Source of the DNA: a virus
Reading direction: 5' to 3' (one strand)
IMG/VR virus record: IMGVR_UViG_3300025096_000001
Location: 1 to 64,000 of that record
DNA: 64,000 nt
The notes beneath the pieces are model-generated. The model worked only from the letters and a program-made list of their open reading frames with translations. It made no database searches and had not been told where the DNA came from. A program made the translations under genes and the position numbers. Shown one piece after another: positions 23,277 through 33,279 of this stretch (position 1 is its first letter; every line of letters starts with the position of its first letter).

Positions 23277-24353
23277 TTATTCGCCCGCGTACCTTATAAT
23301 TCTCAGTGTAAACCTAATTTTCTTTGCTGTTGCGAGACCCTCGACTACAACTGGAGTATCAACATAATCAAATCTGTCGGCGAGACCCCCGGAAGTCGAA
23401 GTTGGAAAAAGAACTTGTGAAGTTTTGCCAAACAAAGTATATCTCACGTCTGGTTCACCATTGGAGGTTGAGAGCATCTTTTGGTTTATTTTAAAGTTTA
23501 AAGACAAAATCGAAGATCTGGGACCTTCAAACATTGATAATTCATCTGCTGCGTTCAATGCAACTGGTGCGTCATAATATTCATTTCCATCAAAACTAAA
23601 CAAGTCATTTTTAACGGCTCTACAATAATAAGTATCATATTCTTTTAAATATTCGTTTAAACTAGTCTTTATTCTTGTTCCAAGTGGCGATAAATTCTCA
23701 TATAAGTTGCCCGACGTATCATTGTTAACCTCGGCGTTAGCGTTGTTGGAAAGTACATTATCTATAAAGTTTCCATTACAGTGGACAAACACGCAATCGT
23801 CAAACAAATTCATATTATAAATGAAATTGTCTCTATTGTGTTTAGTGCCAACAATTTCGAATTCGTCAGTATGTGGAATTCCGGACTCTAATATAACCAT
23901 ATTACCATATACTTCATTATTTTGTATAACTTCTTTAGTAATATCGACATAAAGTTTTAATTTTTTGGTTGTTTCTTCATTTACTGACAGTAATACAACC
24001 TCATTGTTCCACAAAGCTGTGCTATTATCAATTTTTGTGTTTATCTTATAACTTGGCAATAATATTATATCTTGTCTTGGGAGATCCATGAGTCCATAAT
24101 TGATAACGGAGTGTGGAGTAGCGTGCGCTTCGAAAACCGGGACTGTTGAAGTATAGTAATAGCCGTCGTCTCCATAAAGATAATAATAGCCATCACCGGT
24201 TACTCCGTCAAGATCGCCAAGGGCATAATCGACCTCATCGTCACCTAAAGCAAACTTTTCAATATGAAATTTACCTTGTGACATATAGCGGCGGCCTGTG
24301 TCGGTTAAGACAGCATCTAAAATAATTGTACCGGCGGTGTTTTGATACGACAT
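23277..24353 (-). CDS. virion structural protein, paralog of 22186..23223
   Basis: It shares the N- and C-terminal blocks described for 22186..23223. It has a TAATG overlap with the upstream gene. Confidence 0.45.
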   Translation of the reverse strand: MSYQNTAGTIILDAVLTDTGRRYMSQGKFHIEKFALGDDEVDYALGDLDGVTGDGYYYLYGDDGYYYTSTVPVFEAHATPHSVINYGLMDLPRQDIILLPSYKINTKIDNSTALWNNEVVLLSVNEETTKKLKLYVDITKEVIQNNEVYGNMVILESGIPHTDEFEIVGTKHNRDNFIYNMNLFDDCVFVHCNGNFIDNVLSNNANAEVNNDTSGNLYENLSPLGTRIKTSLNEYLKEYDTYYCRAVKNDLFSFDGNEYYDAPVALNAADELSMFEGPRSSILSLNFKINQKMLSTSNGEPDVRYTLFGKTSQVLFPTSTSGGLADRFDYVDTPVVVEGLATAKKIRFTLRIIRYAGE

Positions 24354-27300
24354 TATAATTCGCTCCTTAGATGATACGTAACATTTAAATCAACTTTTTT
24401 ACCTGTCTTCTTAGATGTCATACGAATCTTGAATGTTTTTCCCCATATCGAGTCGCGCGATGTACCGACTACTATATTTTCAATTTGGTTTACCGATGTG
24501 TCGTTATAATCAACAGCGGAAGTGTTCAGAAAAATTTGTTCTGGGTTGGGCGCAAGTTTAAATAGTTTCTTATATTGTATCGCAGGATCGGCATCTTGTG
24601 AAGGTTGATTTAAATCTTCTACCCTAATCGAATCTTGAACAAGATATTTATACCCACCATCATTCACCAACTCAATGACCTGAATATCTTCCCATGGGCC
24701 TGGAACCATGTGTTCGTTTAAATACCTTATGGCATAATAAAATTTATGATTGGTTGCTATCTTTTCTTCATGAAATATACATGATGATACTGCAACTGTT
24801 TCGTGGAGTTCTGGCACCTCTCTATAACCATCGACAATTAAGTCGTGCCTTATAACCCGCTTTCCTTGAAAGTCAGACATTTTATTTGGTTCTTTATCTG
24901 TTCTGTAAACTTCAACAAATCGCGATTTTGACACAGAAGCATTTTCAATCTCCTCATCTACTAAAAGATTATTAGATGTGAGGTACTTGGCAGACATGGT
25001 TAAATCTTCGTTGCTAAAGACCGTTGGATATCGATGGGGAACGTGTGGTTCAAGGCGGCCCATTAGTCCGATTGTTTGCGAGTCATCTTTGGTCTGATAT
25101 GGCCTTATTTCCATTTTTGATGGAGGGTGATCAAGAACTGTTAAATCTTTTCTATCTATAGGTATCTCGAAGATCTTAAAGGTGGGTGTTACAGTAACCA
25201 AGAAATCGGCGTACGGCCAGCCTTTTTGGGCGGTTGCCACGACCATTTCTTGTGCTGTAGTTGAATACCCGCTAGTGAGTAGTGATGATAACGTTGTTCG
25301 ATTTACGTCGCCGGTGTCGCCTTGAGGTTGTACACCGAGTTCCTCTAGACGGGCTGTCTCCATAGGAGAAGCTTTCGAGTTTCCGGTATATGGATCGTAA
25401 AATTCAATGCACTGTTGTTCGTCACTTGAATCATAGCTAGCAATTGTTCTAGAGATTGCCAGATCGCTATAAGAATACCTAAAGCCCATTGAGAATACAT
25501 ACAAATAAATCTCGTATGTATATGTTTTCCCATAGACCACTTGTGTATCATAGTATTTCCAATTGATATCTGCGCTAGCCTGTTGTGAAGCGCCCTGATC
25601 ATCATTTGATACTTGCTGATTTTGAATGATAATGTTTTGTTGTTCTCCGGTCTCAACATCCGTTTTTAAAATTCTTATGGCCACCACTTCCTGTGATGAG
25701 GAATCTGGTTCTATAGCAGATAATAATATCTTGTTGTATCTGGAGTTGTCCGTGGATTCCACGAGGCCGGATGCGGAGCGGCCGGCTTTCCAAAAAGAAT
25801 AGCCTGTATCTTCGGTGATGACCTGTAGAGCTTCTATTGCAGAATCTGCGGCCAATTTATTATAATAGTGGAGGTTGTTATCACGACTAATCGAGGCCAT
25901 CTCTCTAACTCTTCGGGCGCGGGAGTCATCATCAATATTTTGACTTCCTATGAAATAAAAACTTTCATTCGCAGAGCCGAATATATTGTGGCGGGGGGTG
26001 CCCTCGTTTGAATAGTGCACTAACATTTCTGAGACATCTATATATTTTAAATCTTGAGAGTTTATTTGAGTAATTGTTTCTATTGGCGCTGTAGAAGGAT
26101 CGGTATCATCAAATGTGTCGCCGGATATTTTACTAACAAAACTTTGAGCAGGCAACATATCAGGATTATTCACAAATTGCTCTGCTATTTCACACAACAC
26201 AACATCACCAAATCCAGTGCTAACAAGTGTTTCCGAGAAGGTGCTGGCTGCGAGATTGGGCAACTCAATGATTGTTGCGTATGGCATCCTTTGCACTGCG
26301 AAATGGGCCGTTGGAAAAGTTTGTTGAACACCATATTTGTTGAAAATTAGATTTTTAGTATTGTTAAATATATAAGAGGTTACATTTGGCGCCAAATCAG
26401 TGTTTGTAAATCCGTTTCCGATCGACTCCCCAGATGGATCAACATATGATAGATATTCCTTTGCAGCATAATTTTCATGGGTATACTCAGTAGGAGAGGC
26501 TGGGGCAAAAGGTGTAGGTTCTATATCTGAAAAATCAAGGGACGGTCTCTCAAAAGCGTCTCCATATAAAAAATCAGTTATGTATGTAGTTAAAGTGGCT
26601 GCATCTACAGTTGGGCCGCCGTCTATAATATATTTAGGAACAGACTCCCAATCGCCTATATATGACCACTTTAATAGTTCGGGTTCTATACGTTCAATAT
26701 CACACGATACATTTAACACGGTTTGAGACATCAAATATATGTTCGGCATAAGGGCTATCGAAGAGTTATTTAACTCAAGATGCTGTTCATATTTATGAAG
26801 ATAATAATTATAAAGATAAGTGTGTTCGTGAGTTTGATAAGCTGCATAATTTTTTGGTGATAAAGCTTTAGCATAACCCAAATCATATGTAGTATTAACT
26901 GATAGCGAATTTATATCATATGTTCCCATGGCAACAACGCCAGGATAAGACAATTCTCCATAGCTCCCTCCCACAACATAGGCTTTCCATTTATCATTGT
27001 CCTCCATGTTGAGATAACTCGGATTATCAGCATCAGAGAAATAGTCGGAGCCATCGAGTAAATCATCCCAACCGCGAAGTGAAACACAATATTGTATACT
27101 GTTGAACAAAGTGTCATCAGTCGCTGTAAGTATCGCTTCGGTTGGGGATTCATACTGATTTATAAGAGCACTGCTAAGATTGGGACTGACATGCCGGCCG
27201 GCGTAGGCACTTACTTCTATTTCTCCTTTGACTGCGCCGTCGCCATACGTCTCGCCATCCGCATCGGGAACTATACTTAAATAGCTTTTCATGCTGTTGC

Positions 27301-27367
27301 GAAATAAATCTGAAGAACCTGATAAGAGGTTACTATCGTAGTATGTGAGTGTTATATTATCGGCCAT
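24353..27367 (-). CDS. large virion-associated protein (1004 aa), function unknown
   Basis: A long uninterrupted ORF in the structural block. I recognise no motif. Confidence 0.4.
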   Translation of the reverse strand: MADNITLTYYDSNLLSGSSDLFRNSMKSYLSIVPDADGETYGDGAVKGEIEVSAYAGRHVSPNLSSALINQYESPTEAILTATDDTLFNSIQYCVSLRGWDDLLDGSDYFSDADNPSYLNMEDNDKWKAYVVGGSYGELSYPGVVAMGTYDINSLSVNTTYDLGYAKALSPKNYAAYQTHEHTYLYNYYLHKYEQHLELNNSSIALMPNIYLMSQTVLNVSCDIERIEPELLKWSYIGDWESVPKYIIDGGPTVDAATLTTYITDFLYGDAFERPSLDFSDIEPTPFAPASPTEYTHENYAAKEYLSYVDPSGESIGNGFTNTDLAPNVTSYIFNNTKNLIFNKYGVQQTFPTAHFAVQRMPYATIIELPNLAASTFSETLVSTGFGDVVLCEIAEQFVNNPDMLPAQSFVSKISGDTFDDTDPSTAPIETITQINSQDLKYIDVSEMLVHYSNEGTPRHNIFGSANESFYFIGSQNIDDDSRARRVREMASISRDNNLHYYNKLAADSAIEALQVITEDTGYSFWKAGRSASGLVESTDNSRYNKILLSAIEPDSSSQEVVAIRILKTDVETGEQQNIIIQNQQVSNDDQGASQQASADINWKYYDTQVVYGKTYTYEIYLYVFSMGFRYSYSDLAISRTIASYDSSDEQQCIEFYDPYTGNSKASPMETARLEELGVQPQGDTGDVNRTTLSSLLTSGYSTTAQEMVVATAQKGWPYADFLVTVTPTFKIFEIPIDRKDLTVLDHPPSKMEIRPYQTKDDSQTIGLMGRLEPHVPHRYPTVFSNEDLTMSAKYLTSNNLLVDEEIENASVSKSRFVEVYRTDKEPNKMSDFQGKRVIRHDLIVDGYREVPELHETVAVSSCIFHEEKIATNHKFYYAIRYLNEHMVPGPWEDIQVIELVNDGGYKYLVQDSIRVEDLNQPSQDADPAIQYKKLFKLAPNPEQIFLNTSAVDYNDTSVNQIENIVVGTSRDSIWGKTFKIRMTSKKTGKKVDLNVTYHLRSEL

Positions 27368-27392
27368 TGTTCTCTCTGATTAATTAGCATTA

Positions 27393-28253
27393 TTATGCTG
27401 TGTCGGATTCTTCTCTGCTTGTATAATTGCCTCCAACCGTACCTCCACCGGATTCGGCTTGTTGGAGGGGCTGCAGATTATAGTTGTGGAGACCAATATT
27501 AGGTGTTACCGCGAAGGCTGTGCGGCTAACCGGAGCAGCGTTATAAATATCTGTTACGAAGTCGTGAAAAATTTCTGCTGCGGAGGCCGAAATATGCATG
27601 GACTCGGCGGTGGTTCCAAATAATTCTGTTAAATATCCTTTTTCGGACTCAGCGTATGAGGCTTGGCCGCGCCAAGGCTCAAGGTTATCAACGTTCCAGC
27701 TGACCGTGGCTGAACGGCCCGTTGAATCTTTCCAAAAGTCTCCATTATCATCTATATAATCATGGACAATATCTATCGAGTCATAGTTGGTCCATGTTTC
27801 CGAAACATCACTTTCTGCAACATTATATTCTAGCGCACGTTCGTAGTCCGAAGTTTCGCTCACATCTCCATCATATAACATCATAACTCCCACCGATGAA
27901 CTAGGTAGATTTAAAATGTCGTAATAAAATGTGTTAACCACTGAAGTGGAGAGCGTGGCGTGCGACTCCATGTCGCTGGCGTCATCACCATAGACCTTTT
28001 TATTTTCCCAAGTTGTGGTCTTAGTGATACAATATGGCGTGGCATAGTCTGGGAATTTTAAATTATCTACAAACCCCTTGGCATATAAATCTGCTCTACT
28101 TACAACTGAAGAAGTGTAAAACATCAAACTGCTATAGGACGTCGAATATGTACTCTCTATGCCGGCATCCATGGTGACGGTGGTGGAGAAGACCCACGCT
28201 TCGTGTAGATCTAAATAATAAGCATCGCTGTCCCCAAATATCCAAAACCCCAT
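27393..28253 (-). CDS. hypothetical protein (structural block)
   Basis: 286 aa. AGAGGAAAAG is the SD. Confidence 0.4.
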   Translation of the reverse strand: MGFWIFGDSDAYYLDLHEAWVFSTTVTMDAGIESTYSTSYSSLMFYTSSVVSRADLYAKGFVDNLKFPDYATPYCITKTTTWENKKVYGDDASDMESHATLSTSVVNTFYYDILNLPSSSVGVMMLYDGDVSETSDYERALEYNVAESDVSETWTNYDSIDIVHDYIDDNGDFWKDSTGRSATVSWNVDNLEPWRGQASYAESEKGYLTELFGTTAESMHISASAAEIFHDFVTDIYNAAPVSRTAFAVTPNIGLHNYNLQPLQQAESGGGTVGGNYTSREESDTA

Positions 28254-28268
28254 TTACTTTTCCTCTTA

Positions 28269-28832
28269 TTATTTATTATCTTTTAGTTGTGGTAACGAGC
28301 GGCCAATTAGTTTGCCAGTTGTCTCATTTATAGAATAAATCGCGGCGCAAACTGCAGTCATATCTGGAGCTTTTTTTGAGTCTGGTTTGGGATTTAGATT
28401 CCTAACATATCTCGGAGCTTCCATATCTAATTGATACCACGGATCTTTTGTGTTAGTGCCAAACCGATCTGCAGCAGTTATCTTTTTTCTTTCCAAAAGT
28501 TCAATCCCTTTTACATCTACAATTTTAGTATTCTTTATTTGATTGCTTGAATCTTCTTCATCTAATAAGCTTTTGTTAGGTCTTGAATCAATACTATAAC
28601 TTATGTCTAAACTAGCCAAGCAGACTTGAGCCATATTAGTGACTGTGGGGTTTGTCATAGTCGCAGACAGTGTGCCGTTTTTCGACATTTTCTGCTGCAG
28701 TTTTAACATTTTTTCTCTATTGCTGCCTGCTTTAACTGGCTGGCCTTCGACAACTTTCCAAGTCTTTTTCTTACCCATTCTTTTAGATATGCCGGCTCGA
28801 TTAAGTTCGGTAGTTCTCATAGTTTTTGACAT
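28269..28832 (-). CDS. hypothetical basic protein (structural block)
   Basis: 187 aa. AGAGGAA is the SD. A 71-nt gap precedes it. Confidence 0.4.
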   Translation of the reverse strand: MSKTMRTTELNRAGISKRMGKKKTWKVVEGQPVKAGSNREKMLKLQQKMSKNGTLSATMTNPTVTNMAQVCLASLDISYSIDSRPNKSLLDEEDSSNQIKNTKIVDVKGIELLERKKITAADRFGTNTKDPWYQLDMEAPRYVRNLNPKPDSKKAPDMTAVCAAIYSINETTGKLIGRSLPQLKDNK

Positions 28833-28903
28833 TTTATTCTATTCCTCTTGTTTAATTAGTTACTTTTTCAATATTAGTGCTCACCTAAAAAGTGCCATCC
28901 CCG

Positions 28904-31900
28904 CTATGGGCCGGGGTCCCATTCAGGAATGATGGTGTCGGAATCTCCATAGTCGATGTCTCCCGAGCCGCCGGCATCGGGGTCAGATTCCGCGGTCACA
29001 TCTACACAGGGGAACGAGCCTCCATGGTCGCGGCAGATATCGGAAAGAGAGCTGTCAGAGTCAATTTCGAAAATGGTACCATCGCAGCATTCGATTGGAA
29101 TGGTAGTTGGGCCGTCGTCCGGCGGTGGGTCGTCGAAGTCTATTTCGGCCTCTGTGTCCATGGCCGTATCGGCCGGCTCCTCTGTTTCTGAGTATTCCGG
29201 ATAATTGTCATAGTCCTCTGTTGGTACAAATACTTTAGGCTCGTCGTCCATGTCTCCGTCGACGCCGAATTTTCTGGCCTTGTAGAACATTGTCTTGAGA
29301 TCTGATATTGAGTCATAATCTGTGATCCAATCACTATCCTCGCGTTCGCTCAAGATCTCGTATAAGCTATCGTCGCCAGAGGTGGTAGTCCACGCATCAT
29401 AGATTGTATCGAACATTTCTCCGAAGTGTTGTAGTGCGGAAAGTGTGCCTGTTTCTGGAGCGATACCAGCAATCATCTCTCGGGCGGACGAATATATTAA
29501 ATCTAATGCACCATCAAATTCATCATATAAAAGATCGCTCATCATGAAGAAAATTATCGGAACCTTAATATATGGCGCCGTGGTTGGATCAGGGAATCGG
29601 GCGGCCACCGCATCAACAAAAAATTTATTAAAGTATCCATCTGTATCATTAAACGCACACTTATCCTCTGCTGCCGATATATATTCATCAAGTGAATCTT
29701 TAGCAGAAATTACCAGATCAGCCAAGAAGGCCAATATTTTGGCCGTCTCATCAAATACATATGCTCGGGGGAGGAAAAATTGATAAATCTGATGATTTTC
29801 TAGCAGACCTTCACTGGAGAAACCAGTGTCTCCAGAAGCATAGTCCGTGTCAGCCAGAGAAAACTTTGCTCTCTTTTGGTATTCAAAGGCCATATACCGG
29901 TGGTGTGGCACATGTCCTGCAAAATCTATGTTACTTATATTCAGATTTGGATTAAATCCTTCTTCATTTGACATAAGTTGGAAAGGTCTAAAAACCAAAA
30001 AACTACGTTCGATGTTCTCATCTTGCCAAAAAGCGCCGCCGTATACAGAAGACGCACCGGTTGAATCAGAATATTCCGATCTCGTAGTCAGAGCATCCTC
30101 TAACTCTGTATATAATGCAAAATAATCACCAAGATCGTATCCGCCATCGAGCGTAACCTCACCATCGCTTCTAACAATTGTGAGATCCAGTTCCGGAAAA
30201 TTATTTTCATAAGTAAAGATCGATTCCACAATACCTGTTGTGTACCAGTTGTGGTTAGTTCCGTCGTGTGTGCGAAGGACAATATCTCCTGTATGCGGGA
30301 TATCCCGTTCATACATGACGCGCGAGAATACACTAAATTTCCCTAATCGGAAAGCCCGATTGGTCAGTTTGGTACCAAAAAATTTTTCAAATCTTGTCAC
30401 ATTAATTATTCTAGAGAGTGTGCTCATTGATTTAAGTGCTTTTTCGTAGTTGAAAAACCAATATCCATTGTCAACTAAAGCATATTTATAGCCGCCCAAA
30501 TGGGCGCCTTCATCTGTTTCATCATACTCGTCTCCATCATAGGACGAGTCGAAACCGTATACTTCTGTTGTTCTGCTCCATATAGTAGATTCAACGTCGA
30601 TAAAGTCGTTTGCCATCGAATAATCTGAATAATAACCCGCGTACACATCTCCCGGTGACCAATCTCTCATATCTTTTACAACAGGGTTTGTAACTTTACT
30701 CTTAGTTAATTTAATTCCCGATTGAACGATCTTATTTGCACTATAAAGAAGTTTTTTAAACTCTTCATAAAAAGCACCTACGGAGGTGATAGATGATTTT
30801 TCGGCAAAGACTTTTCTATAGTTGTTTAGCTCGATCAAAATTCCGTTGTTTTTCTCGTTGGTCGATAAAACATATTGGAGTGCTTCACCTGCATCTCTTA
30901 AAGATTCGGCTGCAGAAGCGGCCGCGTGCTCTGCTCGGGTGGCCATGGAAGAAATTATGTCTTCTAAAGTAATTTTGTCTTGGCCATAATATAATTTGTC
31001 AATACTCTGTAATGGTTCTTTGTGAACTATTCCGTCTGAATCTCTATATACATGCATCGATTCTTGCACAATGTTGCCATTCTTTTGGAACGCTACAATA
31101 TTTGACTCAGATATTCGGGCTGCTCTCAAAAACCTTTCAGGGTCAATAGAATCGTAATAGCCCTTTGCTTCAAGCAATTCTGCTTCGGTCATATCAGTCG
31201 AGTATGACAATAGCCCCATTTGCTTAAGCTTATAATCGCCCCAGCGACCCCACAAAGCAGGCCAAGCGTCAGTAAACACTTCAACAGAGTTTGTATATTT
31301 TATAACAACGTCGCCATTAGTTTGAATATAAGTGTCCGTCTCAGTAAACGATGCGAAATTCGACGCGACAGTTAAAGTGGACAAAGGAAGATCACCCGTG
31401 ACAATATTTAAGGTTTGCATTTCAACACGGGCATCGAAATCATCGTCGGAGAGCGCGTTCTCGGCCCAGAATCGTTCGAACAAAGCATATAATGGCATTC
31501 TTTCGTCCAATAAATATTGTAGAATTAATGCTAATTTAGCTTCTCTTTCAGAACCAGAGAGTTCTGAGTAGTCATCCCGGGAACCGATATCGTCGTCAGT
31601 ATGTACATACCCAGATTCTACAAAAAAATCGCATTCTTCGGGGGGTGTCCACCATTCGGCGAATGGCCATTCGGTGGTAAATGTGTCGAAGATTTCCAAC
31701 AAGTCTGAATCCACAATCGCTCTTAAATCAACGATATCTCCGCTCGTGACGAACAGACAAGCTTCATCGAAGTGTCCGATAGATTCTAGAACAGAAGCAC
31801 TTCCATTGGCGGCATCTAGATAACCATTTACCGGATAAGAGCTAATATACTCGGAGGCGCCGCCGTCTTCCGGAGGTAGAAAAGTAGTCCAAACCCCAAT

Positions 31901-32209
31901 CGAGTCTGTGCGATCGACTGGCCAGAATGTAGAGAGTGCATATTGTTTACCCACTTCAGTGTCGGGAACACCTCTGTCCATAACGAGTTGTAAGACCCAA
32001 TTTAATCTTGGTAATAGGCCGGCCATTGTACCATCTGGCAACATGGAAGTGCTGCTTATCTGGTCTTTATATAAATATTCTTGTTCTGACATTCGTATAT
32101 AAAACGATGCTTGAACAAGGAGTTTGTCGTTATAAACCTCTATGCTCTCAATATAAGGTATTGGAAGTTTAGGGTCTGAAGTAAATGATTTAAGCCAATT
32201 TGTGGTCAT
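28904..32209 (-). CDS. large virion-associated protein (~1101 aa) with acidic Cys-containing C-terminus
   Basis: The ORF track starts at GTG 32215. The ATG at 32209 forms an ATGA overlap with the upstream stop and has GAGGTG 5 nt upstream. Confidence 0.4.
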   Translation of the reverse strand: MTTNWLKSFTSDPKLPIPYIESIEVYNDKLLVQASFYIRMSEQEYLYKDQISSTSMLPDGTMAGLLPRLNWVLQLVMDRGVPDTEVGKQYALSTFWPVDRTDSIGVWTTFLPPEDGGASEYISSYPVNGYLDAANGSASVLESIGHFDEACLFVTSGDIVDLRAIVDSDLLEIFDTFTTEWPFAEWWTPPEECDFFVESGYVHTDDDIGSRDDYSELSGSEREAKLALILQYLLDERMPLYALFERFWAENALSDDDFDARVEMQTLNIVTGDLPLSTLTVASNFASFTETDTYIQTNGDVVIKYTNSVEVFTDAWPALWGRWGDYKLKQMGLLSYSTDMTEAELLEAKGYYDSIDPERFLRAARISESNIVAFQKNGNIVQESMHVYRDSDGIVHKEPLQSIDKLYYGQDKITLEDIISSMATRAEHAAASAAESLRDAGEALQYVLSTNEKNNGILIELNNYRKVFAEKSSITSVGAFYEEFKKLLYSANKIVQSGIKLTKSKVTNPVVKDMRDWSPGDVYAGYYSDYSMANDFIDVESTIWSRTTEVYGFDSSYDGDEYDETDEGAHLGGYKYALVDNGYWFFNYEKALKSMSTLSRIINVTRFEKFFGTKLTNRAFRLGKFSVFSRVMYERDIPHTGDIVLRTHDGTNHNWYTTGIVESIFTYENNFPELDLTIVRSDGEVTLDGGYDLGDYFALYTELEDALTTRSEYSDSTGASSVYGGAFWQDENIERSFLVFRPFQLMSNEEGFNPNLNISNIDFAGHVPHHRYMAFEYQKRAKFSLADTDYASGDTGFSSEGLLENHQIYQFFLPRAYVFDETAKILAFLADLVISAKDSLDEYISAAEDKCAFNDTDGYFNKFFVDAVAARFPDPTTAPYIKVPIIFFMMSDLLYDEFDGALDLIYSSAREMIAGIAPETGTLSALQHFGEMFDTIYDAWTTTSGDDSLYEILSEREDSDWITDYDSISDLKTMFYKARKFGVDGDMDDEPKVFVPTEDYDNYPEYSETEEPADTAMDTEAEIDFDDPPPDDGPTTIPIECCDGTIFEIDSDSSLSDICRDHGGSFPCVDVTAESDPDAGGSGDIDYGDSDTIIPEWDPGP

Positions 32210-33279
32210 GAACACACCTCGGGTACCGTGGTTGGACCATATATATCATAATATCTTTGGTCACTAGGGCCAGTGCGCTGAGAGTCACAATCAAAATCTA
32301 AACTAACATAGTAAGATTGTTTATTAAAAATTTCGGCGGCGCGACAGGCTAGTAATGGATTGATTTGAGTGTCTTTAATAAAATCAAAGTAATATTCTAC
32401 GCTGCCACTGGTAATTGCTCTTGCCGCTGTATGCGACACAGAACCGTAATATGGATCGGTTGAGTCTACTTGAGTTTTTTCAGACATTAGACCGCCCAAT
32501 ATTCGTTCGGGATCTTCGGGGAAATATTTTCTTATAAGACGATCAGTAGTTGTACAGGTTTCACAGGTAGCCGCCACTGCGTCGTGTTCTATTTCAAATA
32601 CCTCAACGTCAAAATTTTCATTGAGGATATCAGTATTTAATTCTTCAGCATACATTAATAAGTCGTCTGCGCTCAGCTTAATAACGTTGCCATCCGAGAA
32701 TGTCTTAGTTATAGATGTAGCATTTCGAAGGCCTGTCTCAGTGTATCCAGCAGACATGCTGGATCGCTCAACGGAAAGTCGATAATTTAGATTGATATTT
32801 ACTTGAGGTATATCAACTTGGTTTTTCTTGTCGTCCAACGAAGATGACATGATCTCCCCATTAAGTGACACAAGTTTCCATGCGGGAGCCTTTTGTTGAT
32901 CGGCATCCAAATGTGCATCGCCGATTATAGAAGTGAACCTAAAAGCGTCTAAACGAGGTTTAATCATAGTTGGTGTGACATCAACTGAAAAATATCTTTC
33001 TGTCGTTGGATCGGCGCCATCTACAAAACTATTTTTTAAATGATTTTCTACATCTTCAAACAACACCAAGCTTTCAATATATTGTGTTTCATTTTTAATT
33101 CTATTGCTGATATCATTTTGGGTTTCGGTCATTCGGGCATAAGAGCCGTCATATATAATATTACTATCAAAGAATGCATAATATTCTGGCTTAAACCTGC
33201 CGGTAGATAATAGATAATGACCATAAGAAGTAAGCTTCAAATCGTATACTTGTTCTTTTTTGTCTATAAATTTAGCCAT
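32206..33279 (-). CDS. virion structural protein, distant N-terminal paralog of 22186..23223 and 23277..24353
   Basis: Its N-terminus LKLTSYGHYLLSTGRFKPEYYAFFDSNIIY fits the LTxxGxxxLSxG-x6-F-x3-D-x2-I-x-Y pattern of the other two genes. Confidence 0.4.
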   Translation of the reverse strand: MAKFIDKKEQVYDLKLTSYGHYLLSTGRFKPEYYAFFDSNIIYDGSYARMTETQNDISNRIKNETQYIESLVLFEDVENHLKNSFVDGADPTTERYFSVDVTPTMIKPRLDAFRFTSIIGDAHLDADQQKAPAWKLVSLNGEIMSSSLDDKKNQVDIPQVNINLNYRLSVERSSMSAGYTETGLRNATSITKTFSDGNVIKLSADDLLMYAEELNTDILNENFDVEVFEIEHDAVAATCETCTTTDRLIRKYFPEDPERILGGLMSEKTQVDSTDPYYGSVSHTAARAITSGSVEYYFDFIKDTQINPLLACRAAEIFNKQSYYVSLDFDCDSQRTGPSDQRYYDIYGPTTVPEVCS

